From Bigelowiella natans CCMP2755 (Eukaryota > Protista > Cercozoa), in the NCBI GenBank assembly GCA_000320545.1, contig ADNK01002286.1:62001-126000 (forward strand): 64,000 bases of DNA, in the 5' to 3' direction. Under the pieces are notes generated by a model. That model had not been told where the DNA came from, searched no databases, and saw only the letters and a program-made list of their open reading frames with translations. A program made the translations under genes and the position numbers. This document shows, in pieces, positions 27,079-39,140 of this stretch (position 1 is the first letter of the stretch; every line of letters begins with the position of its first letter).

Positions 27079-28459
27079 TTGCTCCTCCTCCTCCCTGGAA
27101 TTGCCTCTTTCCCTCCTCCTCTTCTCATCATCGTCAATTTGTTCTCAGGCAAACGGCATCACCAGATACCACTACCACTACAACTGCTGGTGGTGGTGGT
27201 ATTATTGGCAGCGGCAGAGGAGGGATTACAACAAGGACGTCTTTGAAAACGAAGAAAAAGGAGACAAATCAGCAGCAGCAGCGCTTTTCTCGTCTTCCTC
27301 CTCCTTCATCATCGTCATCGACGATATCATCAAGTCGATCAGGAGGGCCCTCCTCAGTAAGTCAAGTCCTTCCTCACACACCGCTAACCACTACTTCCTA
27401 CACCCCGCCCATTGTGGAATAGAGATGGTGATATTGCGGCGAACATACTGCTAACTTGTTTTTCCGACACATTTATCATCTAGTTTGTGATTTATCGTTC
27501 TTGAACAAAAAGAAGAGTCATTGTATTCTGCTGATATTTTTATATCTTTCCTCCTCTTCTTTTCTATGATAACAAAGCAGATCCTGGAGGGCACAACATC
27601 GATAGCAGCCCGATCTCTACCTGTCACCCGTGTTTCTGAGGAAAAGGCCCGTCCAATTCCGTTTGCTCCCTTTGCGAGCATTGCGTTGGGTGCTGCAAAT
27701 AATCCTTCTGGGATATCGTCATCAGCTACAGCTGGAGGCAAGAAAGATTATGATGATAATGATGATGATGATAATGATGATGATGATCTTTCACCAGACA
27801 TCAAGAGATATACAGATGACGAATCATCCAAACTAAATCCATACACTGGTCTTTCATCAACATTATCAGGCTCTTCGATGTCGCCGATTTGGGCCACAGA
27901 TATTGGAAACAACAATCCCAGCGAAATCTCTCTAAAACGCCAACAGCAACAACAACAACAACAACAACAAGATTCTGAAGAGACTACGTCAGTGGCGGCT
28001 GCTGTTGGTGACAACGATGTCGTCTCTTCTGCTTTGGCACTCATTGATTGCAAAGAAATGTACTTTTATTAAAAACATCATACCGCAATTCCTCCCTCCC
28101 CAGCCGATAAACTCTCACACAACAGCAGCAGCAAAGATGTTGTTTTTGATACGTCCTACTTTTTGTGTTAATGTTGTTGCAGGTATAGGGAACAGTTAGC
28201 AACGCTCGTTGCCATGGGGTACAGAATAGTAGTAGTAGTAGTAGAAGTAGTAGTAGCAGTAGTAGTAGTAAAATGTAGTGGTAGAAAGAGCCATTTTAGA
28301 TCATTGTCATTGTATCTGATTGCTCTTGATCAATGGGTATGCTCTCCTCCTTCCAGATTCGTCGATGAGCAGTTGAATGAAGAAGCTTTAAGGACATCTC
28401 ACGGGAATATCGAAGCAGCCTTGAACTTCATTCTGAATACTCCTTCTGAGCTCGACTAG
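4878..28459 (+). CDS. Giant USP-family (peptidase C19) deubiquitinase, USP9X/USP24/USP34-like, about 35-40 exons
   Basis: Cys box GLKNMGATCYMNS (~18316), QCDAQEF, His box GVVVHKGDAEQGHYYS and WVKFDDS. The SQNIERRMNGL helical region is typical of the USP9/24/34 clade. Phase-compatible small exons run from ATG 4878 (or 5543) into a large exon at 10615-15738. Terminal exons give UBA YREQLATLVAMGFVDEQLNEEALRTSHGNIEAALNFIL...ELD*, stop 28457-28459. Confidence 0.88.
7821..7892. repeat. (GTGTGC)n microsatellite in a USP intron
   Basis: Direct tandem hexamer array. Confidence 0.95.
24241..24310 (+). other. RanBP2/NZF-type zinc finger exon within the USP gene
   Basis: Exon translates WNCRACTFENVPVDASCSMCGQPR, matching W-x-C-x2-C-T-F-x-N-x6-C-x2-C; the TF dipeptide is characteristic of ubiquitin-binding NZF fingers. 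Confidence 0.85.
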
Positions 28460-28889
28460 GAGTTTCTTATCTTCTTTCTATTTGCTAGTAGATCTACTAG
28501 TCCCACCATGCATGTTGCTACACAGCCTTTCTCATGTTGCACCACCATATATTCATTTTTTGAACCATTTATCATTTATTGTGAACGTATAATTATCACT
28601 TTAGACCCGTAGTTTTAGTTGTTACCCCTCTCTCTATCTTAGAGGGGGGTATTGGAAGAATTAAGTACAAGTAGACCGCATTGGATTTCGATTTCGTTTT
28701 CTAATAAGAATTGACTAGAAATTTATCGGTCGTAATTGAACGACAGCTGGCTCGTCACTTAGCTGTTCAACGACGCTGCTGTAGAGTTAGAGGACCACAC
28801 GTGGGTAGTAACTCAAATTAGGTTATTACCGTTTAGCATTTCACCCATTTCTACATAATGACTAGAGTCCGAATCCATGCTATCTTTGG

Positions 28890-30120
28890 ATCCGAGCTAG
28901 ATAAGTGACCGTATGTAAATAGTTTTTATTCGTAGCTAGTAGATTGCGATGCAAGAATGTTCAGGTGCATGTCGTAGCATGTCGTGGTAGCTGCAGCAGC
29001 AGCGCTAGCTAGCTAGATGGCGCTAGTGACATGCTAGCATGCATGCGATTATGAGCTCAGCAATGCTAGAATGGCACGCATCAGCGCACAGCTGTGATGC
29101 TTTTCAAAATCTCTAGATCTGTGCAAAATCAGAATCCGACTAGCTAGCTAGCTAGATTTCCCTGCGCTTAAAATCGCATCGCGTATAGCAAAAATCTTGA
29201 ATTCCAAAACTCCACTGTTGTGCTAGCTGTCCACAGCCTATGGGGATGTGTAGCGCACCCGGGCCCCGCGGGTTAACAACATGCACATGTATGTTCGATT
29301 CTGTGACATATATTTGTGACTGAACTCATGCTAGCATGTCTAGATGTGCGTGTGCTTGACGATGCAACACATGTAATTCGGTGTGCATGTCGTGAGAACG
29401 CATGATGGTCAGGTTCATGTTGTCACGCATGTATGTGCTCATTGACACGTGCACTTTGCAACATGTGTGTTTTAGTACATGTGCAATTGTGAACACACAT
29501 GTGTTTTGTGACGTTACATGTGTGCATTGACATGTGCATATCTAGATGTCTAGATGTGTGTGCATGGTCACATCTAGACATTGCTACAAGTGCGATGTGC
29601 CATGCAATGCATTGAAACGCCTCGATCCTGAGTGAAAGTCTGCGTTTGTCGTGCAATCCCTCTAGCCCTTTTCCCTAGCGCTAGCGCCATGTGCAACAAT
29701 TACAACATGCGTACTTTGGTACACGTGTACATGTGGGTAAAAACATGGCTAGATGGGCACAACACATCATATCTAGATATGTGCATCAAAGAACACTAGA
29801 ATGTCTAGATGTGGCTACATTACTGCTGCATATATAGCTAAAAACCGCGGACTGCATGCTAGCATGCAAGCTAGCTCCATAGCCCTGTCTAGCTGTAGGC
29901 TATCTAGCTATGGAGCGTCCGCGCTTTCGAATACATGTAGTTTGGTGCATAATCTGTTCTAGTGTTCTTTGATGCACATATCGACATGCGTACTACATTA
30001 TGTGCTTTGTACGCGTTGTCTATGATCGACGCTCACGCTAACACGAGGCTGAACACAGCATGTTGCGCATGTGTCATTGTGCACAGCTAGACAGCAGTGT
30101 GGATCACATGCCCATCGTTG
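28890..30120. other. Palindrome-rich tract T2 between convergent USP (+) and orphan (-) genes
   Basis: Many CTAG/CATG/TGCA; CATGCTAGCATG at 29030, 29327 and 29855; repeated tctagatgt; gctagctagctag runs. Confidence 0.85.
29776..29982. repeat. Foldback (MITE-like) segment with 26-bp perfect inverted arms
   Basis: gatatgtgcatcaaagaacactagaa (29776-29801) is the exact reverse complement of 29957-29982. Inner inverted repeats cgcggac/gtccgcg and gctccatagc/gctatggagc. No target-site duplication seen. Confidence 0.8.
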
Positions 30121-30577
30121 TTTTGAATAGCTACAATGGGTTGGTTATTGAAAATGTTAAATTACTTCTACATCATTATTACATCCGTCTCACATGTCCA
30201 TTGCAAGTTGTCGTTTCAATTTCAATGACTACGGATCACGCATATCTGGTCCTTCATTTTTGTGATTTCACACATGCGCTTGTACATTTGCAGTTGAGAG
30301 AGAAGTGTCAAGTTGTCGATGCACCGTTTCTGCCGTCCACGTGAAAAGTCACATTTATCATTACGTGCACCAAATGCTGAAAGACGTGATCATCATCGGA
30401 TTTGCTTTCACACGATACCTCTGCGTGCATTGCACGGCTACGGATGAGATCGAGCATCTGCATATACACCCCAGTACTAGCTTAAGCTTTTGTGACGGCG
30501 ACGGCATCGATCACAACTGATACACGTAACAAAATGCTCTTGGTGTTGAAACTTTCTGAAAGAAAAATACGCCGTCC

Positions 30578-31566
30578 TCATGACGATTCGTCTGGGTTAT
30601 ACACATCGTAGTGTTCCAATGTGTCTTCACGGTCCTCGTTCATCGTCGCGAGTGTGTTTATCGTTAAACACGTTATTTTCTGTAACGACCACACACCTGA
30701 GGCTTGTTTGCGCTGTTTTTCCCATTCCACAAACTCTTCATAATCCTGATGGTGCATCACGAACGCAAAGTTCGTTTCGTCGTCGTCTTCGAGATCTACA
30801 ACGATAGCGCTGAATTTTCCATCTTCTTCTACGTAACGTCGGTCCGAATCGTTTTCGTACAGGCTCTCCATGCGCTTACGGAAATCGGTGATAATCGATT
30901 CCGCATTTGCTACGTCAAGGTCGTCATCCACTCCATTCAAATCGAGCAATGGTTCTATGCAAAGCTTCGCCTCTATCACATTGAGAAGCGGAACAGCGAA
31001 ACCGCACTTGGTGTACGGAAGTACCCCGTACGATTCCAGGTTATCAAAAAACGATAAGTCCGCTTCTGAACCAAAGAGGGCCCAATGAAACACCATACCC
31101 GATCCGCACCAATACGTCAATACCGCCCATTTTTTCTTCTCCGTCACCCTAAAAGTTTCACATTAATATAATGTAATTGTGCACTTACACACACACACGC
31201 ACACACATACCAAACGCTCTCCCCTTCACACACGTACAAACACTGGGACATTGACACACATGAAGCATTCACACGAACGAACTTGGTCTTTTTCTCAGCG
31301 TTTCCCAATGTATCTGCTAGATTTTTGCGTTTTTGAGAAGAATTCGATTTAGTTTCAGAGGATTCTTCCACAGGTTTGTTCCCAGGTTTCGATTCCTTGC
31401 TAATCTCGGAACATCCATTCTGATGACAAAGATGATGATTCAGCATGTTACATGATGACGACGACGATGATGATGATGATGACGCATGATATACGTCAGT
31501 CCATAGAAAGCGAGAAAATGTTTGCATTGCAGTAGTAGCGACTCTAATTGTCACCTGATCATCCAT
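30578..31566 (-). CDS. Hypothetical acidic protein, ~240 aa, 3 exons
   Basis: MDDQ | NGCSEISKESK...QKRKNLADTLGNAEKKTK | VTEKKKWAVLTYWCGSG...NPDESS*; GT-AG junctions are phase-compatible and the last exon is a 189-codon non-repetitive ORF. Confidence 0.7.
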
Positions 31567-31818
31567 CGTGCGCAGAGGAGCACAGGTGGGCGTTACTTTT
31601 TGAGAATCAGAGTGAAGTTGCTTTTCCGTTTGTTTTGCGTAAAATGCAGGGTGTTGTTTGTCCTAAATTAGCAGTTAAGCATGGCGTAGGTGAAAAACCG
31701 CATGATGAGCAGGAGTCTTTGCTCAATGTCACAAAAATTGCTCAAAATTAGACCTCGCTAGAATTAGCTCGAGGCAGTGCGTTTCGTACTTTGCAATTAA
31801 ACAAACCAACCGTCGTCA

Positions 31819-32365
31819 GTTGGACACCGTTGATTCATGCAGCCAGCGAAGGCAAGCTAGATGTTGTGAAGTACCTTGTTGGGATGAAGGCAAACATCGA
31901 GAGCAAGGACGAAGGTGGTAGCGGACACCGTTGGTCAATGCAGCCAGCGAAGGCAAGCTAGATGTTGTGAAGTGCCTTGTTGGGATGAAGGCAAACATCG
32001 AGAGCAAGGACGAAGATGGTTGGACACCGTTGATTCATGCAGCCAGCGAAGGCAGGCTAGATGTTGTGAAGTACCTTGTTGGGATGAAGGCAAATGTTGA
32101 GGTGAAAAAAAGAAATGGGGACACTCCCTGTGACCTCACAACATCTCACGAACTCAAAATCTTTGTCAAGCAAGCTTGCATTGATCGACGGGTCCAGGTG
32201 TTCAACAGAGACTTTAGGGATTTGTACTTCTTAAGCATGGAATTGAAGCGAGGGTTGGGGGCGGAAGTGGTCGCCACGAATTCGAAAAAATGGACGCACA
32301 CAGGAGCAGATGCGTGCCATCTGCACGATGGGCGATCTTGGGAGCTTGTTCATGTTGTCCCGTGA
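31819..32365 (+). pseudogene. Ankyrin-repeat gene fragment, frameshifted and apparently 5'-truncated
   Basis: Three near-identical units WTPLIHAASEGKLDVVKYLVGMKANIESKDEDG starting at 31821, 31922 and 32021. First spacing is 101 bp rather than 99. No in-frame ATG before an upstream stop at 31749. Confidence 0.7.
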
Positions 32366-32389
32366 ACATTGTGAAGAAGCAAATGCAAT

Positions 32390-32760
32390 GTGCAACACAC
32401 GTGATGTCGTGAAAGATGTGGACCATCGTATCTCCTCTAGAAGTGGTAGCTAGGTAGTGATGGCAGACCATGGATGGATGCTAGAGATTCATGCAGGGAT
32501 GACGTGCTGTCTAGAAAGCAGATGATCAGGCACACATGCATGTGAATTGCTAATTTCAAAGACATGAAACACATGATAGCAGGAAAAAAAAAAAAAAAAA
32601 AACATCATGAAATGTTTTGGATGTGCATGTCTAGCCTGTCATTGCAGCTATGTCCTCCGAGTGACGCCACAAGCTAACTGTCGCCAACGCTAGATGGTGA
32701 CGGGAGCAGATAGAGCAGCAGCAACGCAGCAGTGAACTCGAACCGCATGGTTGCGCCAAT
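32390..32760. other. Palindrome-rich tract T3 between convergent ankyrin (+) and hemA (-)
   Basis: cacatgcatgtg, gtgcatgtctagcc, gtctagaaagc, agctagg, gctagatgg; includes A19 at 32584-32602. Confidence 0.65.
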
Positions 32761-33155
32761 GTTCAATAGATTGTGCTTAGATCAAATTATTTGTTCTTGC
32801 TTTGATTTTTTTGAACGATTTATTTCACGTCATTTGACATATTCGTAGGCTGTACTGCTACCGAAACTTCATGACGTGGAGTCAATTATCACATAAAATA
32901 CTAATAATATATGCCTAGTCGTTTAAATTTCTAAACTTTGCGGGCTGAACAAAGCCCATCTGCTGCTCCAGAGGAAAACAGGATGGTGTGTAATTGAGTA
33001 CTGCATTGCGGGAGGGGAAATTTTTGATGAGTGTAAAACGAAAGGAGGGAAATACTTCGTATTTGACTGTTCCATACGTACGTATGATATAATTCCAGTC
33101 ATCTTTAAAAAGTAGGAAATTGGTAGGTGGTAATTGTGCTGCTGCTGTTGCTGCA

Positions 33156-33190
<35 letters not shown>

Positions 33191-33806
33191 GTTTTCCTCG
33201 TTAACAGTGTTTGTAGGAAGAAGTGAAGGAATGGACTGACGCATGGTGAGGAACTACAGCAAAGTAATTGATCACCTCTTCACATGTGCTTGTTTGTAGT
33301 GGAGGTGGTAAGTGGGATGATGAAAGTGGTTTAAGTTAATTCCAGGAAAAGCCGGGATCGATGGTATTCAGTGGACTATTACTACCTTCTACTGCGAGTC
33401 GATTGATTCATAGATAATGGAGGAGATGGAAAGACCGAAGGTCAAAAAGGATGATGATAAATAGACGAGGAGGAAGAAGAGAGGAGAACTATTACTACGA
33501 CGCTGCTGTATTTCATCAACTGCTACGACTATTCTACCCCTCCCATTACTATTTGAAACTTGGTGGTGTGCTGCAAAATTTAGACTAGAAAGGCGATGAT
33601 TCGATGGAAGTATCGGAGAGAAGGCAGAAAATAGTGATTAATTACACTATGCAACCCCTCCCCCCCCGCCCCCCCTTTCGTGCTTCTCTAACAATTCTTC
33701 GCACTCCATATCGTATGCGGAAGACAATGAAGCTTTGTCATACTTCTGGTGCATCCTTTTCCAAGAGAGGTTTGTGGGCCCCATTGGGGACAATACTAAG
33801 TGGTAT

Positions 33807-35926
33807 TTAAGCCGTAGAAATTGCTGCTTGTTTCTTGTTCTTCTTGCCCTTTTTCTTTTGGTCCGATGTTGGAAGAATATGAGCTTCTAGGGCATCCAGC
33901 TGAAACATTTTCTGCATCGTCTCTAGCTTGTATTCCACATGATCAGCAATGTCCTCTGGGGCACGGAGATGAGCCATAGGACCGTGCAGCAGCTTATTTA
34001 TGATACCCTTCGTAACTCTGTCTACAGTATCTCGTTCCTTTTGTGATAGCCCGTCAAGAATCTTCTGAGCATTCTGCAACTCTTTCTGTCGAATCAATTC
34101 ACCCTTGTCACGCAGCATCTTAATTGCGGGAACGCACCTCAGAGACTGCTTCCAGCCTTCAAACTCTCGAATCTCCCCTTCTATTAACTTCTCCGCCTCT
34201 TTCACAGCAGCCATACGCTTTTCCTTGTTGGCGTCTATGACCTGCTTGAGGTCGTCCACATGATAGGCTGCAACGCCTTCCACGTCTTTCGCGTCGTATC
34301 CCACGTTGACTGGTACAGAAATATCAACCAGCATCTTCTTGCTGCCCGAATTGAGGTTTTCCTTCAGCCCCGCAGCATCGATTAGAGGGTCCGTTGAGAA
34401 GGTGGAAGTGAAAACGATATCTGCTTCATTAATCTGATCCCACATCTCATCTAGTGTATGGAGAGACATCTCTACATCTGGGAACATCTCATCGAGTTTC
34501 TCCATACGTTCCCGCCCTCTGTTAACAATATGCAGCGGCTGAGAAGCCTTGGTAGAGGCAAGGTGCGTCACGAGGAGACGGGTCATCTCCCCGGCACCGA
34601 TAATGGCAATGCGAGCGTCTTCAAACTTTTTCCCTATATCTTCCTGGATCTTGAGCTCCGAGAGCTGAGCAGCCGCAGAAGATACCGACACAGCCCCCTT
34701 AGAGATTCCAGTCTCTGTGCGGACCCGTTTACCGGTAGAGACGGCGATGTTGAAAAGTTTGCCCAGAACCTTACCGAAGCTACCCTCAGCGTCGGATCCA
34801 TGAGCAGCACAGTTTTTCACCTGGCTCAAAATTTGACCCTCTCCTACAACGAGAGAGTCAAGGCCACTCGATACGGATAGCAGGTGCTTAGTAGCCTCGT
34901 AGCCGTCGTGGAAGAAAAGATTAGGACTTAGTTCACTGTCGGTAAGTCCCGACTTTTCCTTAAGAAAGCTCATCAGCTGCTCGTTAGCAGCCTGTGTGTC
35001 GTGCGCTACGTAGTAAACCTCAAAACGGTTGCAAGTAGATAGGATCCCAGCTTCATCAATGTTAGGCATCTGGTTGAGCTTTGCTGCCTGCGATTTAATT
35101 AATGATGAATGACCGTGAGAGGAGTAGCTACTTTCACTAACTTAAAGTATAAATGACCCATCAAAGAAACATCGTTCGGAATGATCATAAGCCTTTCTCA
35201 TCATCCGTATTCACATTGTTGTCACTCATACTCATGTTAGTTTCTAGTATTATATTTTCACCCTCCACCAATAATAATTAAAAGTTGCTCTGAACCTGTG
35301 CTTTCCACTCAGCTTCGGGAATAGCTAACTTCTCACGAACACTCATCGGCAGTGTGGTGGCTCAGCCCAACTACATGTACATTCTGAGTAGAGAGGAGGA
35401 AAGACAAACCAAGCCGTATTAAATTTGATGATGATGAAGTTGGTTGTCTTATAAATTTCGGTTACACCACGGGGTCATATAATCTTACAATAAACGGCTC
35501 TAAGATTACTATACTTCTCGCCCTAACTAATATCTATGATAGAATCATAATATAATTGTTATTGTGTTGCGCGTGTGGTGAGTAACTACATACCCCAGGA
35601 AGCGCAATGCCTGTCACGGGACATTTAGGTGTATCTGCTTGTACAGCTGTTTTCAACAGCATGTCGGACATTTCCGATCGAAGTTCGGCTACCCTTATAT
35701 TTCTCATTTGCCTCCTGCTGCTGCTACTGCTACTGCTACTGCAAACTTTACGGGAGAAGGGGAAGGGGGCCTTTCCAGATAACGCAGACAAAGCGTGTGT
35801 TTTCGATGCTGCGCCTCCCCTTATTGTAGATCTAAGCCTTCTCCAACTTTTGCCCGAACTAAGAGCAACTATTAGTAACACTGACAGCATAATTGCCGAT
35901 GCGAACGTCCGTGAAGTACCAGACAT
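33807..35926 (-). CDS. hemA: Glutamyl-tRNA reductase, plastid-targeted, 3 exons; apparent frameshift in exon 2
   Basis: ILSTCNRFEVY catalytic motif, SGLDSLVVGEGQILSQVK, IIGAGEM NADPH site, DISVP and INKLLHGP. Exon 2 (~35297-35384) gives VVGLSHHTA.../VREKLAIPEAEW. Exon 1 gives a signal peptide plus an Arg/Ser-rich transit peptide. Confidence 0.95.
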
Positions 35927-37128
35927 CGTAAAATTCGAATGGGGGGGGTGAGATTAAACTAACAGTTTCTTGTGTTGGAACTTGCGGAAACGCAGTTGAT
36001 GCGATTTATGGATGAGACGTTGAATTGTCACTCGTACCCTATTCGACTCAGCCAATAAATTCGGTGAAAATTAGGGAGTCGAGGTCGGAGGGGGGAGGTG
36101 GGGTCTAAATCTCGTTGTTGGTAGGGTTTGGGGTCCACAGCCGAATTCTTTTCAGGGCTTTGGATTCGCATTTTTCATATCATCCATTTAAGATCCAAGA
36201 GAGATTTCATCGGTATCCTATTCATATCTGATCGATATGAAATAAATTATTTAACGATTAAAAGGCATACAATATTGTTCGAACTAATATTCAAACCGTT
36301 ACTGACGATTTCTTATCCCTCAATACAAGAGCTGGAATAATTTACGATTCACCACATAAAAAACCATGTCGTCACATCAACCTTCAGAAATAGTCCTGTA
36401 TTTCGTACAGTAATGTTAGATGTGTGCGCGAGTTTGGGCTTTACAATACCTTTGTTTACGGCAGGAGGCAGCATAAGATTTATGTTGGTTAAAACAAGCA
36501 ATTACAGACGCGAAATTGAATAAATGTAAGTACATTTATTATTGGAGACAAGCTCAAAGTGTTACTTCCGTTTATTTTTACCATTCTGTGGTTTCCAGAC
36601 AGCCCATTGTATTATATTAAAAATTGAGAGATTCATGGAGTTTTAGGACGGAAATGCATGCGCTTTTAGACAAATACGAAAGATACATTTCAGAATCTTG
36701 ACAGAAATCGCTTGGGTTCCCTGTCAGCTACTCTTTTAGGATCGAATTTAGCCGAGAAGGAATTCCCCGCTATTTGCAAGCTAATTTCAATTTGACATTC
36801 GTTCTCCGTTGCATTTTCTACATTGATCTTTAATTTACCGTTCTTTTTCGTACTCGCAGAACACTGTGAGGAAACTCTTATGTGCAGGCCATAGGGAGTT
36901 TCAAAACGAAATAGAAATTGAAGTCGCTTCGTCAATTATTACTAGGTTAGGACTTACCGAATCACAATCCCGGATTTCGATCAATAACGCTATCGACGAC
37001 TTCTCATTTATGTTTTCTTCATTTCAATTCAGGATGTTTCATCGTGCCGACTTAGGTAAAATTTAATTTTAGGGATGGAACGGAGAACTCCGCTTGTGTT
37101 TTTTTCTCTCTCGTTTATTATTGTCTTC

Positions 37129-37170
<42 letters not shown>

Positions 37171-37285
37171 GTTCTTTGTTCGACGTTACATACTCAGATT
37201 CGTAAGTTACATCAGAGTAGTAGATCTAGATCTACAGCCCCATACTCGTACAGCCCCCACAGCCCACTAATCATTCAGGAGCAAA

Positions 37286-38171
37286 ATGACCGTTGCTGCA
37301 CCCACGGACTCGAATAATGACAAGGTACGCCTGTAAATCTTGCAATTAGAGCCTTGGATTTGGTTGAGATGTATATTTGGAATTAACTCTGGCTTGGTGT
37401 CTCTTTGCAGGGATCATGCGCCGTCGTGAAATCGGTGAGTTGTAAATTTAAAATCATGAGTAGTTCCATTATCGTATTTTGGAAGCTTCATTTATTCTAT
37501 TGGCCAAAAGATCAATGCGCCCGATGAAATGAGGCCGAATGTCCCTGAGCTCAAAGGTGAAAATGCGAATATTATTTTAACATTGTTTATACATTGTTGT
37601 ATGTGCTTATTAACATTAATATTATTCATAACAATTCTTCATGCATTACACAATCATCTATTTACTTTCTAACTTTCTTTTCCGATTTTTTAAAGGTGGA
37701 GTAGAAGGGGCCGTAAAGGTGCGAGATTACCAAAAGTGCCATTTATATAGTGCATAACCATACAAGCACAAATATCTGCAGGAATTCGTCTCCAATCTCA
37801 CAAGGAGAAAAGTAACCTATAATATTATATTGGAGCAGATCGAATTGCCTGAGCTTCCAGACAAGAAGGATTTGTCCATGACCTCTGCATGCTGTTGCTG
37901 CCTTTGCGTAAGAAGATACATAATCTCTCCTTCCCCTTTTCCTTACACCTTGTCTTCTCCCAAGTTTCAAGTCAAAGTATCAAATATTTTATCTCGTTGT
38001 TACTTCCTTGGTATAGAGTTTATACACATTGTGGCCTGAGTGCTGCGGGCTGGAGATGAATGGACAAGTAATACATCTATTGAAACACAAGGGAGGCTTG
38101 GGGACATAAGGAGAGATTTACAACTGCAGTTCTTTCAAACGGCCACAAAAAAATGCCACTAAAATTATATG

Positions 38172-38205
<34 letters not shown>

Positions 38206-38967
38206 GTAATATATATATTAATATATATATATATCAGCATATCAATTTTATATTATTTTATGTGTAGATGGTGACATTTATAATGATTATGTAATTACAA
38301 TATTTTAATTTCAATAAGTAAAAAATGAAGGGGTTGATTCTTTGAATCTCACACTTAGGTCTGCTGCTGCAATATCAAAGATGCATGCCTCTGTCTTCGA
38401 TTCAAACAGGTATTCCTCATCCAAAATCACACACTTTTTGATCCATTAACGGTAATCGTGCTGTTTGGTTGGATATTTATCAGAATGGCTACTCAACATG
38501 CTGCCGACATACACAAATGAGTACGGCTGTAAATATGAATTCAGATATGTAATGACATCTGATACTACTCTATGATTCGAAATTTGTGTGAAATGTGCCT
38601 CGAGGGAGATTACCATACTATCTCCATGGTGTGAAACTGATGAATTTTTTTAATCATCCACATACTTCCCATTTTTATCTGAATTGCAGTGCACTGCTGC
38701 GACAGTCTGGGTGCAGAGTTCAGCATTTGCCACTGCGTCAGCTCGGTCATCGCTTTTCCACTAACCACTTATATGAAGAACCCTATTTCACTCGTTTCAC
38801 TCCTTTTTAAACCAATATTCACATGTATCCGGCGGTACGGGCATTCTTCATGTAGGTATTGCTACTCTTTTGTGCAAATATCGCGTGCGACTGCAAGGTT
38901 AGCTGTGACGAACTCACGTGCGTTCAGGTCAGATAGTACACATTTGCCTAGCTATCGTGCACACACG

Positions 38968-39006
<39 letters not shown>

Positions 39007-39062
39007 CTTCGATCGGGTGCGGCTGGTACAACATATAACTTATATTGATATGAATATTTATG

Positions 39063-39140
<78 letters not shown>

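Noticed and set aside
28620-28770. Short imperfect hairpins after the USP stop
   Set aside because: Arms are short and mismatched; not distinguishable from chance.
31821-32120. CRISPR-like or satellite array
   Set aside because: The units are 33-codon ankyrin repeats with no unique spacers.
28890-32760. Autonomous transposon, Helitron or endogenous virus
   Set aside because: No transposase, RT, Rep/helicase, integrase or capsid ORF. CTAG words are too numerous to be Helitron 3' ends. A non-autonomous origin remains possible.
32915-33790. Possible small minus-strand gene downstream of hemA (ORF ending MGFVQPAKFRNLND)
   Set aside because: Only a speculative chain of micro-exons with no recognisable product, and it would leave hemA almost no 3' UTR. 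If real it would break the strict alternation, so it merits an RNA-seq check.
34458-34880. 140-aa plus-strand ORF
   Set aside because: Antisense to the hemA main exon.
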